Below are positions 27,511-40,919 of a stretch of DNA of 64,000 nt, piece by piece. The notes beneath the pieces were generated by a model. The model saw only the letters and a list, made by a program, of their open reading frames with translations, was not told where the DNA came from and made no database searches. Within the stretch, counting starts at the first letter, position 1, and the number at the start of each line of letters is the position of its first letter. The stretch lies in assembly GCF_026210795.1 (NCBI RefSeq), contig NC_089433.1:5208001-5272000 (forward strand), given 5' to 3'. Source of the stretch: Rhizophagus irregularis (taxonomy: Eukaryota). A program made the position numbers and the translations under genes.

Positions 27511-30500
27511 ATAAAAAACCCTCTATCGGGCTAAAATTACAATATCCAAGTTTTTGACAGAATTTTTAATAAATCAAATGGTTTCAGGTCACCCTTGTTA
27601 ACGCTTCAATAAACATCTCGTTTTGACGAATTTATTTGAAAATTAACCAAAGGAAAATACGTCCATATAGATCGAAAATTTCAGCTATTTTCTAATCCAA
27701 ATTGATAATTTTATTAAATAAATATATTGATTGTTTTACGAATTTATAAATTACAGTATAACTCATCAGATAATGCGATCTTCCGATACATAATAACTAG
27801 AATTATTGAAATGTTATTATTCATAGAAGAAATAAAGAATACTGTGTTGAAAAGACCATTATTATTGAAATATTATAATCTGTATTTTTAACTTAATAAT
27901 GGATTCTTTTTTTCTTTTTTTTGTAATGCTTATTTTTTTCATTATTCCCTGTAATTATTACAACTTCTTGTTTTTCTTTGTTATTCCCCTGTAATTATTC
28001 ATTACTTCCGACTCCTCGTTTTCACATTGTTCACGACCTCTTTAAAATGCCTTTATTGAGTTAGTAAAATTATTTTTAATTTGTGGCGTAATTTTGATGA
28101 TATGCAAATTGCAAAATCGCTAACTAAATATTTGATAGTCAGAAAAATGTAAACTTAAGGTTGATCATTTTAACTAAGTCTAGTAGATCACAAGGGTTTA
28201 ATAAATGTATCGTCCCCCTACCAATTTATTTGTTTGTATATGCAACTTATAAACAATTTTTACCGGACGATCTTATTTAATTATGATTCTGACTATTTTA
28301 TAATTCTGGCCAGAATTAAATAAATTATGCGGCAAGCAAAATTTTTAATCACATTCATACGCCAACAGGCTGAAACACAGAAACAGGCTGAACAGCACCC
28401 CAACATTATCGGCAGAGTTTAAAATCATAATACTTCGGAGTCTTTAATTGGAATATCGATTCCCAGAACTGGTACCGAACCACAACAGCTTATTCTACAC
28501 GAGGACGGACAATGGGAGAATTGTGATAATAATTAATAATACAAAATAATAATCACCAATACCTTTTAAAATTTTTCATGTCAAGTAAAATTACGCATAT
28601 TCATGCATATTGAGACTAATCTTTTATTGGACAATTACATTTACAAACAAGATCGACAATCTTTCTAACATTTGTGTAATGAGATATTTTATACATTCTA
28701 TTTTTAAAATTGTTTCACAACGTTTGGTTGATTAATTGATTATGCAATAAATTTGTTTGTCATACAGTATTAAGTTGTCCCTCATTTTGTTTCATATTTT
28801 TTTTTTTCTTTATCTAATTGTTGAACGTATGTACATTCGATTTAAAAAAAAAAAAAATGAGCAAATAAACAGCCTTTTTTTTAGAATTAGATAATCTCCG
28901 ATGATTTTTGCTGCTGGTGAGATTTTGATTATTAATATATTTATTGTTGATTTATTTACTATTATATTCCTTCTTTGTCAAATTAATACTCCATTTCATT
29001 AATTTACATTAATTTAGTTATTTTATTTTATTTAATTTCCGTCATATTTGAATGAGGATAAAATATGTAGACTTAATTAAATAATATTCTTTTACATAGT
29101 AAAAAAAAATCGTTTTTTTTTTGATTTGTTCTAAAAAATGTTTCATGAATTTAAAAACAAAACTTATGCGTAACACCATGTTATATTACCCTATAATTAA
29201 TATTTTGAAAAAAAAAAAATTATTTTTAATTTTTTTTTTAAAAAAAAAAATTTTCTCTGTTACTATTTACTTCGCCGTAATATAATTATTAATTCGAACT
29301 TTAGATTCTAAACTTGTAATCATAACTGAAACAAATCAATCAAAACAAAAAGTTAATTGGTTATATGGTATTTTTTTAAATTTAATGTCTATGTTTCTAT
29401 AATTATAATAACAAAAATAGCAAAAATAACGTTCAAAATTCAAAATAAGAAAATAGTATCAGCGAAAATAATTAATTCTCTTAAACAAAAAAATCGATTT
29501 TAATCAAATAATTTTTCATATTAGATTGCTTTAATACTAAAAAGTATCCAATTTACTATGCGTTGTATATCGACCCGTTGTAAATCGACCCTTTGTAAAT
29601 CATTAATATAATATTTGAATTTCACGAATAAAAAATGAAATTAATTATTAGGATAAATGTAGGATTAAAAGGAAAATCCATTTTTAGATATTCTTAAATT
29701 TAGTGTAAATAGGGAAGCACTAATAATAAAGAGGTATTGTCTTAAGTAAATCATACTAAATATGATTTATTCATTAATAATCGAATCGGAGAATATGACA
29801 AATCAAAAATTATCCTTTTTTTAGCTACAAGTTTAAATAAAATTTCCCTAGTGAAATCAATCAATTGATATATTAAGTATAGTTTTTATAAAATGTGTCA
29901 TATATTTTTTTTTCTTTAAAAAATTCTTTAAAATTCTTTTTTTTTTGTGTAACCGACTAAGTCGTCCTTTTAACAATAATTAATATACTTTTTAATTAAA
30001 TTCTGCATTCATTGAACATAAAGGCTAACAAAATTTCCTAACTGTTTCATGACTATTAAATTAGAACTTTCAGATGTTAATTGAATTTATTTATCAATGG
30101 ACTTTCTGATATTATTATAAGTACAATTATGTAAATAAGTAATAAAATACTTTTAAATTATTATTTTTTTTTTCTTTGTAATAGGAATTAAAATATTATT
30201 TTCAATTACGTTATTTTTGTATTAATTATCGTGAAAAATTTTATCCGTAATAAATATTTCCATAATTTGATATTTGAATATACAACTTTTTATGGAAATA
30301 ATAAAAATAAAAAAAAAGGTCAAAATTTTTTTTTTCAATAGAACTCTAAAATTAGTACCTACAAAGAAAAAAAAATTTTTTATTAGGGTTTGATTAATTT
30401 TTTTTTATTTCCATTACTAAAACAGTCATAAATACTTAATAATTTGTCAATTCAAATTCCGTTACGCAATTAAAAAGTCCCGTGACGTGATAATTATCAC

Positions 30501-31121
30501 ACCAAAAAATCTATTTTTAAATTTGGATCAACCAATTATTGTTAATAATTGTTGGAATTCTAGAAATGCAACTTATTATTATGATCGTTTCATATATATT
30601 TGGGGGTTTTTTTTTTTAAAGTTAAAAATTTTCGATTTTCATAAAAAAATTCTAGAAATGTAATTATTTATATGATCGTTTCAAATATGTCATACCGATT
30701 ATTTGCATCACACAAATAATAATTAAAAATGAATATAAATAAAAAAACAAAGATTTTATATTTTGTACTATAAACTCTTCTAGAATGAGAAAAATTTTTT
30801 AATTGTTTAAATTATACCAAATTAACGCGCTGAAACTTTGAAGGGGAAAATTTAGGGTACTACATATTGCATAAAATCTAAATGCACGCTGGAACTTTGA
30901 AGGAGTCTCCACTACATAATGCAAATAAATCAAAATTGGTTAACAGTTTGTCTTTTGAAAAGATATTTAAATCCCAAAAAATTTCTGACTTTGAAGGAGC
31001 AAAGAATTCACTGATCTATATTTTGAAAATAAGAAAATAAGAATTCAAATTCATTTATTAAAAATTGTCCTTTAATACGAAACTTTTTAACGAAAAAATA
31101 TTTATTGACTAAATCTTAATA

Positions 31122-31685
31122 ATGGTTCAATCAAAAATCTCTGGTGTTATCAACTTCGCTCTTATATTCACACTTTTAATTGGACTCGTTGGACGAGTTT
31201 CAGCTCATGGTATTCTTCTTAGCCCTATTCCAAGACTTCCATATGGTCATAATGGTACTGAAGTAATCGCCAATGTTTCCAACCCAACCAAGGAATTCCC
31301 CTGTGGTTTAGCCGGTGATAGTCCAGGACCAGTTACAATATACAAACCTGGTGAAAAAATTTTAGTCGCCTATAATAGAACTATTACTCACGGTGGTGAC
31401 TGTTTAATGCAAATGTCTCGATATGGTAGTAAATACGATAAAGATTTCAAGACTTTCGAAAACTTAGGCACATGTGGTATGGAAAAAGGCTTATTCACTG
31501 CTTTTGTTATGGTACCACACGAAGAATGTGATAACGAAGATTGTGTAATGAGATTCAGATGGGATGATAACGTTGGAAACAATTACTTGTATTGTGCCAA
31601 TGTTAGAATAAAGAAATATGCCGATTGTTGGGAATCAAAGAAAAGAAGATCAATCGGTGCATCTAGAAGATCTTTAAAAAATTAA
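31122..31685 (+). CDS. Secreted lytic polysaccharide monooxygenase-like protein (His-brace, AA11-like), 187 aa
   Basis: Hydrophobic signal peptide ending VSA, followed by His29 (HGILLSPIPR). Also PCG, a second His in THGGDC (cf. AA11 HGGGSC), and W...GNNYLYCANVRI (cf. YMNCADV.I with axial Tyr). Multiple Cys; intronless. Confidence 0.8.
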   Translation: MVQSKISGVINFALIFTLLIGLVGRVSAHGILLSPIPRLPYGHNGTEVIANVSNPTKEFPCGLAGDSPGPVTIYKPGEKILVAYNRTITHGGDCLMQMSRYGSKYDKDFKTFENLGTCGMEKGLFTAFVMVPHEECDNEDCVMRFRWDDNVGNNYLYCANVRIKKYADCWESKKRRSIGASRRSLKN

Positions 31686-32723
31686 TAATTTCACGTTTTA
31701 ATTATTTATTTTATATATAGATATATATATATATATATAAAATGTACCTTCCTTTTTATAAATTATTTGAGAAACCTAGATTAATATAATACTACAAAAT
31801 TAATTTTTTTTTTTTATTTGTTGTTTGTTAAGGTTTAGGTTGTTTGTTTGTTTAAAAAGTTTTTTATCATTTCTTATTTTCTTATTTTCTTGGTTTTTTA
31901 TAAATTGATTCGGTGATGAATCATCACTGGTTGGTGATTTTTTCACCGTTCATTAAAAAAAAAATTTGTTTTTTTAAAAAATAGTTTATTCTTTCTGTAA
32001 AATTTCATATTTCATGTATTTTATTAATCTAATAAATTTAAAAAAACAAAAAAAAAAATTGTTCCTATTTTATAAAAATCTTTAATCGCAATTCCTAAAT
32101 GATAATTCAAAATTGGACATGAAATTATAAATCGAAAATTTGCAAATTAACGTATAGCGTATTTTAAATATTTATGATAAATTTATTTTGAAATAATTTA
32201 TGATAAATTAATGATGCATTTTTGAAACTGGGAAACCGGTCAGTTAAAAAAATTGAAATTCAATTTTCTAGCTTAAACCGTTTATTTATTGGTTTTTTGA
32301 TATAACCGCCATCTGCGCTTGATATTAACGTGTGCCAAGTTCCGAGATCAGTATTAATTGGCGATTTTGTAAAAGATGATTTTTCTTATTAAATTTATCC
32401 TCTTCATTAATTCGTTCAAAGATTTCTTCATCTTTTATCACTTGAATCCCAAATCTTAGTATCATTTATCAAGCATTTCTTTCAAATATTTTGTAATAGA
32501 TCTTTTAACGAAATTGTATCTATATATTATTTAACTATATCCTTTACTAATTGAAGTACTTTATTATTTTAATATTAAAAATTGTTATTGTAAGTTATAT
32601 TTTATCAAAAGTTTGTTAAATACAGTTATATTAATCATTTAAATATCTTCAAGAACTGAATCTAAATAAGCGAAAGGAATTGAAGAATATTCGATCTCTT
32701 AAGTTGAGGCAGCTTCAGAACCG

Positions 32724-32831
32724 GGAAGCGTAACCGTTAGAAGACCCACGAAAATGGGCGGAAGTGTAACCGTCAGAAAACCCACGAAAATGGGCGGAAG
32801 CGTAACCGTCAGAAGACCCACGAAAATGGGC
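32724..32831. repeat. GC-rich 36-bp tandem repeat, 3 copies
   Basis: ggaagcgtaaccgt(t/c)agaagacccacgaaaatgggc x3 with 1-3 mismatches and no spacers. Confidence 0.95.
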
Positions 32832-34207
32832 TAAGAGGAAACTACTAATCAAAGAGATGATCAAAACTCTAAGTTGGAAAAGTTTCAACTTATTTCACTG
32901 GCAATTGTTACACCGACAGTCAACTTACCGACAAAGTTCACCAAAAATTAATCGACAGTTTTAATGTGTTAGTCCACCAAAAATCATTTCGCCGATTTTT
33001 TACTCAGCTTCACAAATTATTGAACTGATATTTTTTTTTAAATTTTTTAATGTTAAGAGATGAAATTATACGTTATAATTTGAATAAATTAAAAATTTTG
33101 TGTTTAGTGTTTAATTATATTATGAAATATTATGAAATAAATAAAATAATTAATGAATCTTTATTGTAATAAGTTATGTATTTAGTACTTGTCGGTGAAA
33201 TAACTTTCGGCGAAATAAGTGGAAAAAGTATCTAAGGACAGTGACAATTTGTCAATAGCCATGGTGAATGAAGTACCTGGAGTTAATATGAATATTACCT
33301 TTCAGAGGTATTACGTGTTATATGATTACCAATAATTATGGTACACGGGTATACCGATCGAGTCAAATTGAAAAATCGAAAGATTGAATAATGAAAGTCT
33401 GTTTAATAAAAATTTCAAAAATGGAAATTTCGGACTATTCTGTTTTACTGAATCCTTCTTTGAAAAGCTAATAAAAATCGAAAAATAGATTTCGACGCGC
33501 AGCTCATCAATCACGTGATATATCATATTTTTCAGACCTCGTAACTGCGGTACTATCGTGCCTTGTATAAGCAATATGATTGGTGGAATTTGCGCCGAGT
33601 AACTATTAAATATTTTAACATATTCCAAAAAAATATTACATTTTAAAATCAATAAATTATCTGATTATTAATTTTATATTATCTAATTTTATGATTACAT
33701 AAATTGTTTGCTATAGAAAGGCATTATACAATGACAATCAAATTGCTTTATGATATATTCTTGAAAAATTTTTATTTTAAAAAATAAAAAAAAGTATAAA
33801 AAGATCTTTGATATATCAAGTGGTGGGCGAGCTTTGGTGTTAAATTTAGCATTAAGAACAAACGAAATGTTAATGTTAACATTTTTTTTTTTTAGGTTTA
33901 ATTCATAAATTTATTAAAACAAAATAGAAGAATGATACAAAAAAAACGCAACATTTTGATCTAACTACTAGTATCTACAAATATTGTGGGGTATAAGATC
34001 TGATTATTCTCTGAGTCTATCTAAAATGTTAACGTTTTCATTAAGTTAACTGTTAACCATAAAATTTGTCTCAAAGTTGACTTTTCCTTTTTAATATTTA
34101 CCCCTCTAACGATCAAACTAATCTTTTAGTACTTTCAATTTCAATTACAAATTCAGGTTTTGTAAATACAGTAGACTCGTCTTCAATATATAAGTAATAT
34201 TGCGGTG

Positions 34208-34403
34208 TGCAGATTGAAAACTATTGGAATGAATAAAAAACAATAAAGATGCTGGTAATATAATAGAATATGATTCACCATACATATTAATGCAAAAACC
34301 TAATGGAATCTTTAAAGGAATGTGTGAAAGGAGTGGTGAATTTAATGAATTATTTGAAATCGCTAAAGGGAAATATAAATATGAAATACTCACCTTAACT
34401 TGA
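34208..34403 (+). pseudogene. Orphan C-terminal fragment of an ABCC/MRP-type ABC transporter
   Basis: 34248-34403 reads DAGNIIEYDSPYILMQKPNGIFKGMCERSGEFNELFEIAKGK..*, typical of the ABCC NBD2 end. An upstream CRLKTI (cf. HRLRTI) lies in another frame. No other transporter sequence is visible nearby. Confidence 0.7.
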
Positions 34404-36154
34404 ACTAGACGAATGGGATGATCAATGTATCAGTATACGTTCTCACCGGATTTAATCTAACATTCTTTTGTTCTGTACTATAAATGAACATTTTGATTTC
34501 ATTTTCTATAATTTACGACATGTCCATATGCTGTAATTGCGTCGAAAGAGGAAATTGAAACCCATTACAAAAGTTAATGTCACAAATGAACTGACTTTAT
34601 CCCAAAAATATTCATTATATCTCACATTCTCACATTGTGCCGAGTAACTGTTTTATTATACCTATTATTTAGAAGTAATAAATAAAGTGGACGTATGGAA
34701 AGTTTTATTGCACATTTCTCGCTCTAAAAGTTTGACATATCTTATATGTTTTTGATAATAGAGATGAAAAATAAAAGTGGTAATGTGTATTACTGTATTA
34801 GTGTATGATTGTGAGTTTAATTATATTATACGATTTTTTTAATGAAATCTGTCTAATAATTACATTTTCTATTGATATTGTTTAATATAGATTACAAAAT
34901 ACTTATTTGGTCAAACAAATTATTGGAAATTTTTTAATTATGTTCAATTCAAATCATATGATTGCGGATTGTGATCATTTTGTTTTTCGTGTTGCGAACT
35001 ATACCTTAATTCAATAATATTAAAACCACATAATAATTAAGGGACATATCGCCACTCAACCGGAGAAATTTAATAATGCCGATTGCACAATTTACGCAAA
35101 TTATCGCCAAAATGGCTAATACTCCCTTTTATTGTCGCCTCATCACGTGATATGACGTACAATTTTTAAAGATAATAGCCAAGCCACGAAGTTTGTTGGT
35201 AGTCAACACCCGGAGAGAGCAATCCTAACCGGGGTTACCAATTTTTTCTTTAATTTCTTCTTCATATGTTTCCCCTCATTTTTACTATAGTTTTTAATTG
35301 CTCCTTGTTCGTTCACTGCTATAACGAAGGGTGGGTCCGCCAGTTTGGATTTCGTACATTTAGTTTAGATCAATACTCACGCATGTTTATTTATACTCAT
35401 CTGAAGTATCTTACAATGTATTCACCGTTCATAAGTAAAAATAAAAATAGGAATAAAAAATAAGCTACGAAATTTGAAATCGCTAGAGTTTCACGTCTTT
35501 GACTTTTCTATGTAGGAACGCAAGATTCCGATAGAAAATTCCCTATTAATTCAAATATTGGATGAAATATTTTTAAATAATTTTTGCTACAATTAAGTTA
35601 TTTGGTTTTTATTTAGTTTTTAAACTTTTTATTTAGCTTTATTTGAATCCTTTTAACGTTTACATTCTTTGTTAATTTTGTACAGTTCCTATCAATACCA
35701 CATATATATACCCATAATGCAAGTTTGTAAAATTTTTTTTTTTGGTCAGGAAAGTTATTGTATACTATTTTTTTTACTTATTAGAAAAAATTCATAGTAA
35801 TTAGTAAAGAACAAAAATTTTTTTTTTACAAAATGTCGATCATTTTCATCATTTTACTTCTGTAATACTCATTGATAATTCCTTTATGATACGATCTTCT
35901 ACCTTTTCACGTGGTTTATTACTATTACAATTAACATGAGTATCAATATTGTAATTAGGGTTTGTTTATTTTTTCACATTAAGATTATTTTTATTCCCAA
36001 TTTAAGATATATTTTAGATGTAGGTGGGACCTGGAATTTAGCACCTTTGTGGCCCATTTTATTTCACTATATATGTGTTCCATTTAACCAGTATAGAATA
36101 GGAATATGGTCATATGTCATCATATGAATAGAGTATAAGAATTTAACTATCATT

Positions 36155-39100
36155 TCATTTAATTTTCACCATTTCATCGTTCATTTTATCCTTATCAAAT
36201 TTAGTAGTCCATTTATCATTTATGTTTTGATATTTTTTTTTCATCTCTTCATGTTTAGTCGCCCACTTTTCAACATCTTCAGTGGAGGCCCTATAAATAA
36301 TGGTCCAAGGTACTTCAGCCCGTAATGTAGGGAAGTAATGTGATATTAAAGGATTTAATTCAATTTCTGCAATTATTTCCGCCAGTTCTATAACCCAAAT
36401 GGTATGTGCATTCTTAAGTGTTTCTTCATAAGCATTGCTTACGAGCGCGACTGTCAACAAAAAGTATGTTAGATATTGCTAAGAGTGATAAAAAAAAAAT
36501 ATTTAATGCATACTCAAAACGTTAAACAATATAATTGCTGTGCTCAATGAAAAAGTAATCATGAGAATATCTAGTAAATAATTTTTTGTCCATGGCTCCA
36601 GAGAACTATAATCATTTAAAAGAATTAACCAAGTATTCTTGATTGATTGATAAAAGCCCGTAAATGTATTGACTCCGTTATCAGGCGAGGTTTCTGACAA
36701 GAGGACCATTAACGAATTAGCGTAGGCAAACAAAATAAAAAATAAAAATATCAATAGCGGCATAATCTGCTCGAAGAGATTTGTGAAAACTTTGAATGGT
36801 AAAATAAAATAATCACTAAAATTTGTCGATCTTTTAAGGAGGTAGTTTTTGAGAAATTCTTACCAGCGGCGAACATGCCTATCTTCTCAATGAAACGAAG
36901 CTGCAAAAAGATCATGATCCATAAAGATAGGATAGAGAGAGATCGGAGTTCTGGAGATGCAGTTTTATTGCTGAGCTCCAGGCACCCAGTAGTAACAGGA
37001 AGAATAAACGCTGCAAGTTCAATTAAAGTTGTAAAAAGCTTTTTTGCTTTTTTCGTTTTATATTTGATGAATTTGAAAATGAAAAAATTCGCAAAAAGTC
37101 GGGGGATAAGGACAAGTGCCCAAAGTGCTCCATAGATTAAACTGTAAGACATCAGTTGACTACTTTTTACGGGGTCGCTTTTAGCAGTAGTAGTTGCTGC
37201 CAAATAAAATAAAAAGTAAACAATGTAGTAAACAAGATAAACATAAAGATAAGTGTATACTTTCATAATCCTGTGGATAACAATTGTTTTGAAAAATGTA
37301 GACTGGAAAACCTCGGAAGACCGGAGAAAGGTTAATTTAGCAAATGGACTTAAATTATCATATGAGTATAATCGTGACAAATATGAAAAATCGAATTTGA
37401 GAGTATGCAAAATAATTAGAAAAAGAGGATCACGCCGAGGTTTGTGAAATAAGTTGTACAGAGGTACATGGCAGTACGTGGCTGAGTATAGATCTATATA
37501 AAGATTCTTAGATGTTAAACTTGCTGGTTGTTCTGTAAGACGGTTGAGCTCACGACTTTTATGATTTTTAGTTGAATACACTCCTTGAAAGCCTATTTCC
37601 CAATCTGATGGAACCTTGAGGTAAGTACATTGCTCCAACAATTTGAGTAACATTTCTGGGTATTTATCTGTAAGTGACGGCAGTGCATCAACAACCACGG
37701 ACATAAATCCTGGTTCGTAATTACGGAAATAATGAACATGCAAACAATATTCAAGTATTTTTCCAACTAAAACAATATTTTCCTTTTCAATTGCTTTTGT
37801 TAGCGGATTCTTCTTGTAGAGCCCTGTTGGCATATATTTCTTGTAACCCAGAATTGCCATTATTATGTTGTCAACATCACTAGCATCACTATCAATAAGG
37901 TCACAGATCGCTGTTGTGCCATTAAATACATTGTTATCGACATACTGTCTGATAGAATTTATAATGATTTCTTTCAAACTATTATTTAAATTTCTCTTCT
38001 TAAGATAGTTGCAGCTTGATTGAACCCATTCAGCGGGTAAATTCTTATCATTTATAGTTGAACTTAGAGGCAGAAAAGTGTAAAATTCCTCAGCTTTATT
38101 CTCATCATAGAGCCGTAAAGTGCCATCTACATCTACATCAAATTTAATTTTAACTGTCGGATTATTGCCTGAATTTTCTATTTCACTAAGCATCCATACT
38201 AAGCATCTAGTTTCACTATTATTCTTTCTATCCTTCCAGAACAGAAAAAAACAATCGGCATCATCGTCAATATTGATGTCACTTCTTTCTTTCAAAACGA
38301 AATTATCAAAATCGAAATTATCAAAATCGAAGTTTCTAGGGAGAAGAATTCCTTTGACTTGCCATTTCTCCAACTGCCATTCTTCTAACTGTATTTTCTT
38401 TGGCTGATTACGAAAAAATTCCTTCCAATGCCGTTTTTTGATGACAGCATTATTTTTATTTGATGTCACAGTTATAACATCGTCATTGATAAGTTGAATA
38501 TGTTTCAGGTTGGCTAATTCAGGTTCTGGTGGTGTTTTCACAGATTTCAATTCAGTGCCTGAACAGGCATCAATTAATATAGCTTTTAAGGAAGTTTCGT
38601 CAGAATAAACTATAAATAAATGCCGGTCATCATTCATAAACAGAAAATCTTTTTTATTTGATGACACATGTTCTTCTGCAATATTTGCAATATGTAAGCC
38701 CGTTTGTTTTTCCACAATAGGACCATTTTCAAAAGCAAGTAAGTCACCCGTGGAAGACATGACTACTTTTTTGCCAACAATACTTTGAATTTTTGAAATG
38801 TTTGAAATGCATGAAATTCTGTTGAATTCGATAATACATTTCTCATATGAATTTACGTTGATACGGACCATGTCAACAATCTTTTTTCCACGCCAGGGTA
38901 GAAGAACATAGATTTCGTGTTTTAGTGGGTTAAAGGCTAAAACTACTTCAGAATCATGGTTGTGTAGGTTGTGTAGGTTGTGTAGGTTGCGTAGGTTGCG
39001 TAGGTTGCGTAGGTTGCGTACTAGGTTGCGTAAATAAGATTTGATATTGAGCACTTGATTGCGTAGGTTGCGTAAATAAGATTTGATATCGAATACTTCT

Positions 39101-39753
39101 TGGTTGTGTTGGTTGCGTAAATAAGACTTGATATTGAACAGAGTCCAAGGCTCGGATGCTATCGACGCAAATTGAATGGTGGTCTTATATTTGATAGCAA
39201 GGATTACACCATCGGCAAGGAATTCAGCATTGATGAATCCATCTTCAATTTTGCTGAATTCAACTTCAATTTTGTTCTTAACTTTTCTCAAAATATCCGC
39301 TTCTGATTTTTTTCCATTTTTAAAAACTTTGAACACAATTTTAGCATCATCCATAGGTTCGTCTAACACAGTTTTGGCTTTGTCTACTACTGGATCGTTT
39401 TCTGAATTTATATTCACAACTGTGTTGTCATTTTCCCATTGCAAAACTATGAACATAGCCTTTACTTTTCTTGAATCATTTTCTTTGAATAGGTAGGATA
39501 AGATAACGAATCTAGAATTTGATGACGGAATTAATTTAGAGATGGTCAAATCAATCTTGTCATTGAGGGGAGCCTTCTCTTCGAGATTAATCTTTATAGA
39601 ACCTTTATCATGAAAAGTATCTGAATAGATGGAGTGATTCCATAATGTAACTGTATTATCTGACTTATTATAACTTGCATTTGTGATAAAATTGTTATCT
39701 TTAGAGATTGCAACAGCTGTAATCTCCGTTTCTGTAGCGAACTCTACGTTCAT
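36155..39753 (-). CDS. TRP-like cation channel with a large N-terminal cytosolic (possibly beta-propeller) region; ~1153 aa; exons 39753-36864, 36789-36514, 36450-36155
   Basis: Two GT-AG introns join three ORFs in frame (3462 nt). The C-terminal part has multiple TM helices, an S4-like LWIMIFLQLRFIEKIGMF, a pore-like SIKNTWLILLNDYS, an S6 ILFNVLIALVSNAYE and a TRP-box-like WVIELAEIIAEIEL. Confidence 0.85.
38955..39135 (-). repeat. In-frame coding repeat expansion within the TRP-like gene
   Basis: Three IKSYLRN copies followed by 9-bp units (gtaggttgc/gtaggttgt on +) encoding RNLRNLRNLRNLHNLHNLHN. Confidence 0.95.
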
Positions 39754-40919
39754 AATATTTCTTTGATTTTGTCCAAGCCAAATTTATTATACAATTAATA
39801 GTTCGTTTTCAAAAAAAAAATTTGTCTTTAAGTCATCAGGAAATTTATTTGCGTACCCTTTGCGACAGGTACCTAACCTTACACCCTGAAAAATTTTCTG
39901 ATGCATATATTTATTAAATTTTCATGCGTACGAATGTGTAAACGCCAATGTTGTGTCCCAATTCATAACAATATGTTCCCATAAGGGTTTAATAACGTTA
40001 CAATTCTAGGTGGTGTTCTTATTTGTGTAACAAATGCATATAGTACTAGCTACAAAAGTGACTTTTTTGCAATTAATATATCTAAAATTATCAATGCTAC
40101 TGAGTTTAAGGCAACCTTGTACAAAAATTTCGAAATTAGTATCACTCGGTGTAACATAGTATTATCATCACATTATTTCTCTCAATGACTCAATCGCATT
40201 GTTACACATGATGACGGGATCCACCTAAATTGATTAGTTTTTCGCTATACTCATAATAGATATCAATTAATTTTCACCAAATTTCGCTAAGATCTTTAAT
40301 TTTGTTTCGATAAAACTCTAACGTCATTGATTCACTAATCTTCTCATAATAAATTGATTTAAATCATGTCAAGAAATTGTCGTTAGATAGCTTTCTTATT
40401 TGAACATGGCTGCGATTTATTCATAAGCGTACAATTAATTTTCTATTAAGATAGCAAGCATATTGAAAAATACTCATGTGTTTTCTTTTAATGGGAGGTT
40501 TATATTGTTAATACTCCAGATAACCTTTAGGTTTACCAAATAGATATTGAAAATATTCATTAAGATAACTTGATCCCGGCGTCCTATAGCCGCGATAGGT
40601 ATAATTGCAAATTTTTATTATCTGTAATGTACGGCCTATCCCGCATCTCATAACCATCACAACAATCTATTTAGTAGCGGAAATACTCGAAGATTCGAAT
40701 TATTAATACTTTCATCGAAAAATATATGACCGTAATATTTTTAATATTTTTTAATGGGAATGTCATTGGGCATGTCATCAAACAGTTTATGATGTAAATT
40801 CATGAACTAGACATTTGCGAGTCTGAGAGATCACGAATAGCACAGTTCTGACAAAATACTTTCGTCAAATTTTTAACAGTTTCAGTTTTGAAAAAATTTG
40901 TTAATGAAACACTTGTTGT

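Noticed and set aside
32724..32831. 36-bp repeats as a CRISPR array
   Set aside because: Units are directly adjacent with no unique spacers, the context is eukaryotic, and there are no cas genes.
36875..39496. Plus-strand ORFs and the TQP-repeat ORF inside the TRP-like gene
   Set aside because: Antisense or out-of-frame shadows of the long ORF.
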